Origin: an uncultured bacterium
GTDB lineage: Bacteria; Patescibacteriota; Minisyncoccia; UBA6257; 2-01-FULL-56-20
DNA length: 64,000 bases
Assembly (NCBI GenBank): GCA_963844965.1
Contig: CAWJQC010000004.1
Coordinates: 32,001 to 96,000, forward strand
Direction: 5' to 3'
Part shown: positions 59,131-64,000 of the stretch, piece by piece
Position numbering within the stretch: position 1 is the first letter of the stretch
How the letters are laid out: every line of letters begins with the position of its first letter
Position numbers and translations under genes: made by a program
The notes under the pieces: model-generated
What the model saw: only the letters and a program-made list of their open reading frames with translations
Databases searched by the model: none
What the model was told of the DNA's origin: nothing

Positions 59131-59526
59131 GTGACGACGAGTACTTACGTTCCCTCCGGAAACTATTTGCCCTTGTCACCACAATCGCCATCCGTGTCGA
59201 TGAACGTTGCTCCGCCTCCCTCAAATTCCTCCCTGAAAATAATTTCTCCTGCCAACGGACAGAAATTGAAGCAGGGGTCAACATACACGATTAGCTGGCA
59301 GTCGTCTGGTGATTTCAATTTTGTCGTCGGGAATATCGTCGCTCCCGTTCCGGGCGAAGGGGGTGTAGGAATATTCCAAGCCCCCGCGACTTCAAGCCGC
59401 TATAGCTGGACCGTGCCGACCGGCTTCCCACCTGGGATGTATAAACTGGGGCTTGCGGGCAGCGATCAAGATTTTGTGAATCATAATTTTGCCTCGTCCA
59501 GTGTTTCAATCTACATCATTCCGTAG
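59131..59526 (+). CDS. Small protein with a Kre9/KNH-like Ser/Thr-rich-family domain.
   Basis: YTISWQSSGDFNFVVGNIV...SRYSWTVPTGFPPGMYKLGL. Confidence 0.4.
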   Translation: MTTSTYVPSGNYLPLSPQSPSVSMNVAPPPSNSSLKIISPANGQKLKQGSTYTISWQSSGDFNFVVGNIVAPVPGEGGVGIFQAPATSSRYSWTVPTGFPPGMYKLGLAGSDQDFVNHNFASSSVSIYIIP

Positions 59527-59649
59527 TAAAACTTATTTAAGATGAGACGCGGCCTTGGGACACCCTTTTAGTGCCTCATTTGTCTCATTTGCATAAAAAA
59601 GCCTTATTTTATGGGCATCGATTTTTCGGAATGAGACACTGCTTTGTAT

Positions 59650-59985
59650 AAATCGGACACGTCCAGAATGGCATTTCTGTGTCCGATTTGTCCGATTTGC
59701 CTCCAAAATGTTACACACCACAAAGTGCAAAAGTTGTGTAACATTTGTAACATTTTGAGGAAAAGCGGGGGGTTGGAACATGGGAATGGGACACGAAAAA
59801 TCGACCTCTTGTGTCCCATTTGTTCCATTTTGTAGAAATGAGCCCTGCTGCGTTACGTTTGCCGCGTTACATTCCGAACGCTCAGAAATCTTTGATTTAT
59901 CTACCTAACAGGACAGCTCCCCAAAAAAGTGCCGCCCTCTCAACTTTTCACATCGCGTTACATTTGTTACATGTTACATTTGATC
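59650..59985. repeat. Iteron-like cluster: several families of short tandem and inverted repeats in an AT-rich intergenic region.
   Basis: AAATCGGACAC-18 nt-GTGTCCGATTT. (TCCGATTTG)x2. TGTTACACA/TGTGTAACA IR. (GTAACATTT)x2. (TCCCATTTG/TTCCATTTT). (GTTACATTT)x3 at 59956-59980. Confidence 0.6.
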
Positions 59986-60188
59986 CCTCCGAAAACCGCG
60001 ACCGTGAGCCTTCCAAGGGAAATTTGGGGTCGTCCTCAAAAACCCTTATACTGATTGCACAGGGAAAGTCCGCATCCGCGAGGGGGCACAACAAAACTAT
60101 ATCTTTTTAGTTACCGCACGGTTGTCGTCGAGACGCGTGAAAAACAAAAAAGGAGCTTGCAGAGCTCCTCTATCTAACTCAACCTAAC

Positions 60189-61013
60189 TCAACGGGATGC
60201 GGCGGAAACATGGGACAGCACGTCCGCAATGGCGTTCACGAGAACTCTTAATCCGTCTCTCCGGTAGAAAATTTCCTCACCGTCTGCCGGTCCGAAGCGA
60301 TCAATGTGGCGGTGAGATTTTTTCCTTATGAAACGACTGTTCGAAAGAGCGTGTAAGTTTACCCTTATGTTCTCAATCATTTTCTCGTGATAAGGGTTCT
60401 CCCTGCCATGCCATTGCTCACAAAGGGCAATCTCGCCTTCGGCGGTCGTAAAAAACAACGACCGAAGGAAGTAATTAAAGTGACGCTCAACGGCAGTCTC
60501 AACCAATCTTTGCAACTCCGGCCCGCTTTTCGCGCTTCCCAAGACCGGTATCGCCGAGATATCGTTACCATACTTCTTTTTGGCCAAGTGGTCCCAGGCA
60601 TAACCAAGAGCGATGAGCCAACGTTTGCCGTGGACGGTGGCAAGGAACACGTCGCCGTACTTCATATATAACCTTTCCGAATTATTGCCGTTGACGGCAT
60701 GGTCGTCAACGATCGCGTAGACAGATGACGGAATGGGCAACTCGATTTTCCTACGGGGACGCAATCTATAATCATCCCAAAGTCCGTGAAATACCCCGTA
60801 GGTAAGTTCCTCAGGCGTAATCAACCGCCTGAACGGATGGACAATAGAACGAAGAGCACCGTGCTTTCCTTCCAGCACTTCCTTCAGGCGTTTTCTAAAA
60901 ATTTTCATCCGACCCCCAATCAAAAGATTTTCACTCAAACAACTGCAAGCAGTATAACGAAATTTTTTGAATTTGGCAAATTTGATATTTTTCGCCGCAG
61001 AAGCCAACGCCAC
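60189..61013 (-). CDS. Hypothetical protein adjacent to the iteron region.
   Basis: 274-aa ORF, no recognised motif. Confidence 0.4.
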   Translation of the reverse strand: MALASAAKNIKFAKFKKFRYTACSCLSENLLIGGRMKIFRKRLKEVLEGKHGALRSIVHPFRRLITPEELTYGVFHGLWDDYRLRPRRKIELPIPSSVYAIVDDHAVNGNNSERLYMKYGDVFLATVHGKRWLIALGYAWDHLAKKKYGNDISAIPVLGSAKSGPELQRLVETAVERHFNYFLRSLFFTTAEGEIALCEQWHGRENPYHEKMIENIRVNLHALSNSRFIRKKSHRHIDRFGPADGEEIFYRRDGLRVLVNAIADVLSHVSAASR

Positions 61014-61236
61014 TTCTCGGCCATAAAAATATCCGCAAACGGCAACCGTTTGCGGATTTCAACTTATCGCGACGCACTCTCAACGCACCTCACGCACAAA
61101 ACACGCACCTGCCGCCAAGGAATCTCGCCCTCAGCGGCGAGAAGAAAATCTCCGGCCAATATAAAGCCCATGGATTCAAGAATTCGCGCGCGGCATTTGC
61201 AACAATTCACTTTCACGCCGACCTTCCTTAGAATTT

Positions 61237-62256
61237 TCAATCGCGCCTCTTCAAAACAGGCGGCTGCTCCTCGCCCTTATTACCTTTATTCTCGCCGCCC
61301 TGCTGTGTCTGGTCGGTCGGCTCGCGCTTCTTAAGCGTCGGCTTTCCTTCGGTTACTTTCCTTCTGCTCGTCACAATTTGCAGCCGATCTTTCACGTCAT
61401 CAAACTCGGATGTAGACACGAGATACTGGTCCTTTTTCGGAAGAATTTCCTTAATCTCCTTCTCTATTTTTATAATCCTGTCACCAGTTGGCGGATGGTC
61501 GGCAAAAACGTTTGGCACGCTTCCGGGTATTCGCCTTTCTTCTTCAATAACCTTGGAAAACATACCTACGTAGGACTCCGGGTCGTAGCCCGCCTTATAC
61601 ATGTACTGCAATCCCAGATAGTCCGCCTCGGCCTCGTCGTTGCGGCTGAATTTTAAAAACGCAATAGGTATGCCAAAGTTCATGGCCTCCATAGTCGCAA
61701 TGTAAACAGGATAAGACATGGGTACGAAGATAAGAGGAATTGTGGCGTATTGGAGGAGCGTGGCTTTTGTCATCTGCGACGCCCAATGCCGGCACGCAAC
61801 GTGCGCAATCTCGTGCGCCATCACTCCGGCAACCTGACTTTCTCCATCGGCAACAAGAAGCAGGCCAGAATTAATATACAAGAACCCGCCAGGGAGAGCG
61901 AAGGCGTTGATTCCGGGCGCATCTATAACTTTCACCGTAAGAGGAACTTTCAGGTCCGAATTCCGCGCAATGTTCTGAGCGACGCGGTTGACATACTCGC
62001 CCACCACAGGGTCGGTCAAAAGTTTCGCCGATTTCTCAACTTCGGTGGAGTATTGTTTCCCGATGGCAATCTCTTTTTCAATGGAAATTATTGACTTGTG
62101 CGCGACCTTGCGGTTGCCGATTTCTTCGGGGTTGTCTTTGCTCTTCTGTCCGTCCGCCGAAGCGCCATAAGCCCTGGGAGGGCACGCCATAATGGCCAAA
62201 AGGATAGCAAGAATAATTACAAGAATCAGGTATCGTTTCTTGACCGTACCGCTCAT
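61237..62256 (-). CDS. M48-family zinc metallopeptidase (HtpX/BepA-like).
   Basis: HEIAHV motif, signal/TM N-terminus. Confidence 0.7.
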   Translation of the reverse strand: MSGTVKKRYLILVIILAILLAIMACPPRAYGASADGQKSKDNPEEIGNRKVAHKSIISIEKEIAIGKQYSTEVEKSAKLLTDPVVGEYVNRVAQNIARNSDLKVPLTVKVIDAPGINAFALPGGFLYINSGLLLVADGESQVAGVMAHEIAHVACRHWASQMTKATLLQYATIPLIFVPMSYPVYIATMEAMNFGIPIAFLKFSRNDEAEADYLGLQYMYKAGYDPESYVGMFSKVIEEERRIPGSVPNVFADHPPTGDRIIKIEKEIKEILPKKDQYLVSTSEFDDVKDRLQIVTSRRKVTEGKPTLKKREPTDQTQQGGENKGNKGEEQPPVLKRRD

Positions 62257-62488
62257 AAGCCACCTCCTTTTCCAGATTCAACCAACTGCTTCCACTCTAC
62301 CAAAAAGCGGGAAAAAATCCAGAACCTGTCCAAGTCGTTGCGGAAAGACGTTTTTGGATATAAAATAATAAAACCGGCCGCGAAGCCCGACATAATCAGC
62401 GCCATTCGGCTTAATAAAAATCCGCCCATAGCTCCCACCTTCGCCGAGGCTTCGGCGGGCAAGCAACTGGCCCCGCACCAAAATTTAT

Positions 62489-62561
62489 CCGCGCGTAGCT
62501 CAACTGGCAGAGCAGCTCCCTCTTAAGGAGACGGTTGCAGGTTCGACTCCTGCCGCGCGGA
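62489..62561 (+). tRNA. tRNA-Lys (CUU).
   Basis: CCGCGCGTAGCTCAACTGGCAGAGCAGCTCCCTCTTAAGGAGACGGTTGCAGGTTCGACTCCTGCCGCGCGGA. Confidence 0.85.
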
Positions 62562-62700
62562 CTGGAAAAATTAAGGATAAATTTGGTGCGGGTTAGACGC
62601 CGCAGCTCTCCTCTTACAACCGCGTAGCGAGGCGAGGATAAAAATCGCCAATTTTTATTTTCGCCGAGCGAGCGGGTGGCGAAACAGGTTTTCGCAGGAA

Positions 62701-62735
62701 AAGGTTCCAGGTTCAAGTCCCTGCTTGCCAGCAGG
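62701..62735 (+). other. Degenerate tRNA T-arm-like fragment. 18/19 match to the fragment at 55945-55963.
   Basis: aaGGTTCCAGGTTCaAGTCCctgcttgcca. Confidence 0.45.
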
Positions 62736-62860
62736 CAGGCAGGTGGGCGGACACAGAATCGAGGATCTCCGGCAGCTCACCTCTTTTTTATTGACAACAC
62801 ACACGTTATTTTTTAATCTAAACAGTAGCGTCTGTTAAAAATTAAAAATCGGGAGCGGCA

Positions 62861-63100
62861 ATGTATAGTCTGTTTGGAAGATTCGAGCGGATAGGCGAAG
62901 CGAAATATTCCGCCGAGGAAATCTGTCTTTTCCGGTTAATCGACCTTCTATTACATCGCGGATGGAGATTCCTGGGATGCCTGTGGAACGGCAAAAAATA
63001 TAAGATAAAAATAAAAAATCTCCGCACCGGCAAAAAACGCTCTTTCAAATCAGGACGCCCATATTGGCTCTCAAGCGATGCCGACGGAAATTTATTCTAA
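62861..63100 (+). CDS. Small hypothetical protein.
   Basis: 79-aa ORF followed by a terminator. Confidence 0.3.
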   Translation: MYSLFGRFERIGEAKYSAEEICLFRLIDLLLHRGWRFLGCLWNGKKYKIKIKNLRTGKKRSFKSGRPYWLSSDADGNLF

Positions 63101-63132
63101 CCCCACCGAATGAACAGGTGGGTTTTTGTTTT
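63101..63132 (+). terminator. Intrinsic terminator.
   Basis: cccacc-gaatgaaca-ggtggg followed by TTTTTGTTTT. Confidence 0.55.
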
Positions 63133-63237
63133 GGGGTAAATTTGGTATAATATGTGCGCGATGTGCTTGGCTCATATTGGGAAAACGTGGCGCCGGACAC
63201 CGAACAAATTCCGTTCTATGTATAAATCATTATGAGT

Positions 63238-64000
63238 GGGATAAAAATAAATCTTTCTCTCAGCGAAATCCCAGGCATCGGCCCGCGTTTTCTGGAACGG
63301 CTGGGAAAACTCGGCATAAAAACCGTCCGTGATCTCATTTATCATTTTCCGGCCCGCTACGAGGATTTCTCCCAGATATACAAAATTTCCGACGTTGAGC
63401 CGGGGGAACAGGTAACAATACGTGGCGTTGTTGAAGACACCAAACTGCGGCGGACTTGGAGAAAACACATGACAATCGCCGAAGCCCTGATCCGCGACGA
63501 TTCCGGAACGATACGCGCCATCTGGTTCAACCAACCATATGTTTTGAACACTCTGCGGGTCGGGCGCACGGCGAATTTCGCAGGCAAAATATCCATATCG
63601 GACGAGGACGAAATTTATTTGAGCCACCCGGCTTATGAAATCGTCGGCAGTCGGGAGTCGGGAACGGAGAAGCAAGAAACAAAACATACAGCGCGGCTCG
63701 TCCCCATTTATCCCGAAACGCGCGGCCTCACATCCAAGGGGTTGAGATATCTGATCCAGCCAATTCTGAAAAACAGCGAACAGCTGGAGGAATGGCTGCC
63801 GCCGGAAGTTCTGCGCGAAAATAATTTTCCCGAAATAAACCTTGCGCTCAGATCCATACACTTCCCCGAAAAAACCGAGGATGCTCTTGTCGCGAAAAAA
63901 CGCTTCACTTTTGAAAACCTGTTCCTGCTGCAACTCGCCAATCTTGAACAAAAATTGAAACTCGCGCGCGAAAAAGCGCCAGTGATCAAAACCGACATAG
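63238..64000 (+). CDS. recG: ATP-dependent DNA helicase RecG, N-terminal part. It continues beyond the window and is not in the ORF track because no stop lies inside the window.
   Basis: MSGIKINLSLSEIPGIGPRFLERLGKLGIKTVRDLIYHFPARYEDFS...GEQVTIRGVV (wedge domain). Confidence 0.7.

Noticed and set aside
63172-63951. 259-aa minus-strand ORF.
   Set aside because: Antisense to the clear recG N-terminal coding region on the plus strand.

Overview
This 64-kb window looks like a small, streamlined bacterial genome, possibly Patescibacteria/CPR-like. That guess rests on a 16S rRNA gene carrying large insertions, the absence of rplD-linked L30 between rpsE and rplO, and few recognisable Shine-Dalgarno sequences. 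The window contains the following. A minus-strand 16S rRNA gene (1-2072) has a ~0.5 kb insertion in the helix-17 loop. That insertion carries a complete antisense expression unit: a consensus sigma70 promoter, SD, a 63-aa ORF and an intrinsic terminator. Then come rpmE, a cytoplasmic histidine kinase with a stand-alone receiver, an N-terminally truncated class-I release factor, an Adk-like kinase, aspS, RNase P RNA (rnpB), a PiT phosphate transporter, rnhA, a DHH phosphoesterase, and an IS3-family insertion sequence next to a truncated yjbQ. Further on are a molybdopterin oxidoreductase, tRNA-Trp, rpmG, an S1 serine protease, two tRNA-Thr genes with tRNA-half-like fragments, dnaE, lysS, greA, a GT2 enzyme, map and adk. 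A long minus-strand ribosomal cluster runs rpsL-rpsG-fusA-tuf-rpsJ ... rplC-rplD-rplW-rplB-rpsS-rplV-rpsC-rplP-rpmC-rpsQ-rplN-rplX-rplE-rpsN-rpsH-rplF-rplR-rpsE-rplO-secY-adk-map. It is interrupted by non-ribosomal genes between rpsG/fusA, fusA/tuf, rpsJ/rplC and secY/adk. The last part is a candidate ~6.7-kb integrated island (55.9-62.7 kb) with tRNA-Arg, a large serine recombinase, membrane proteins, an iteron-rich region, an M48 peptidase and tRNA-Lys, followed by the 5' part of recG. The hunt findings are: the 16S-embedded mini-gene; in-frame palindromic mini-elements inserted twice in aspS; short re-coded N-terminal relics upstream of the release factor and of fusA; tRNA-associated direct repeats flanking the recombinase island, plus its iteron cluster; an accessory cassette splitting rpsJ from rplC; a CCCTACACATT hairpin family; and AT-rich dyad spacers. 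Caveat: at least 13 single-nucleotide frameshifts (tuf x4, fusA, secY, rplN, rplP, rpsJ, greA, rnhA, protease, others) were detected by reading alternative frames. Many sit in homopolymers, so sequence error is as likely as pseudogenisation, and the ORF boundaries given here are approximate.
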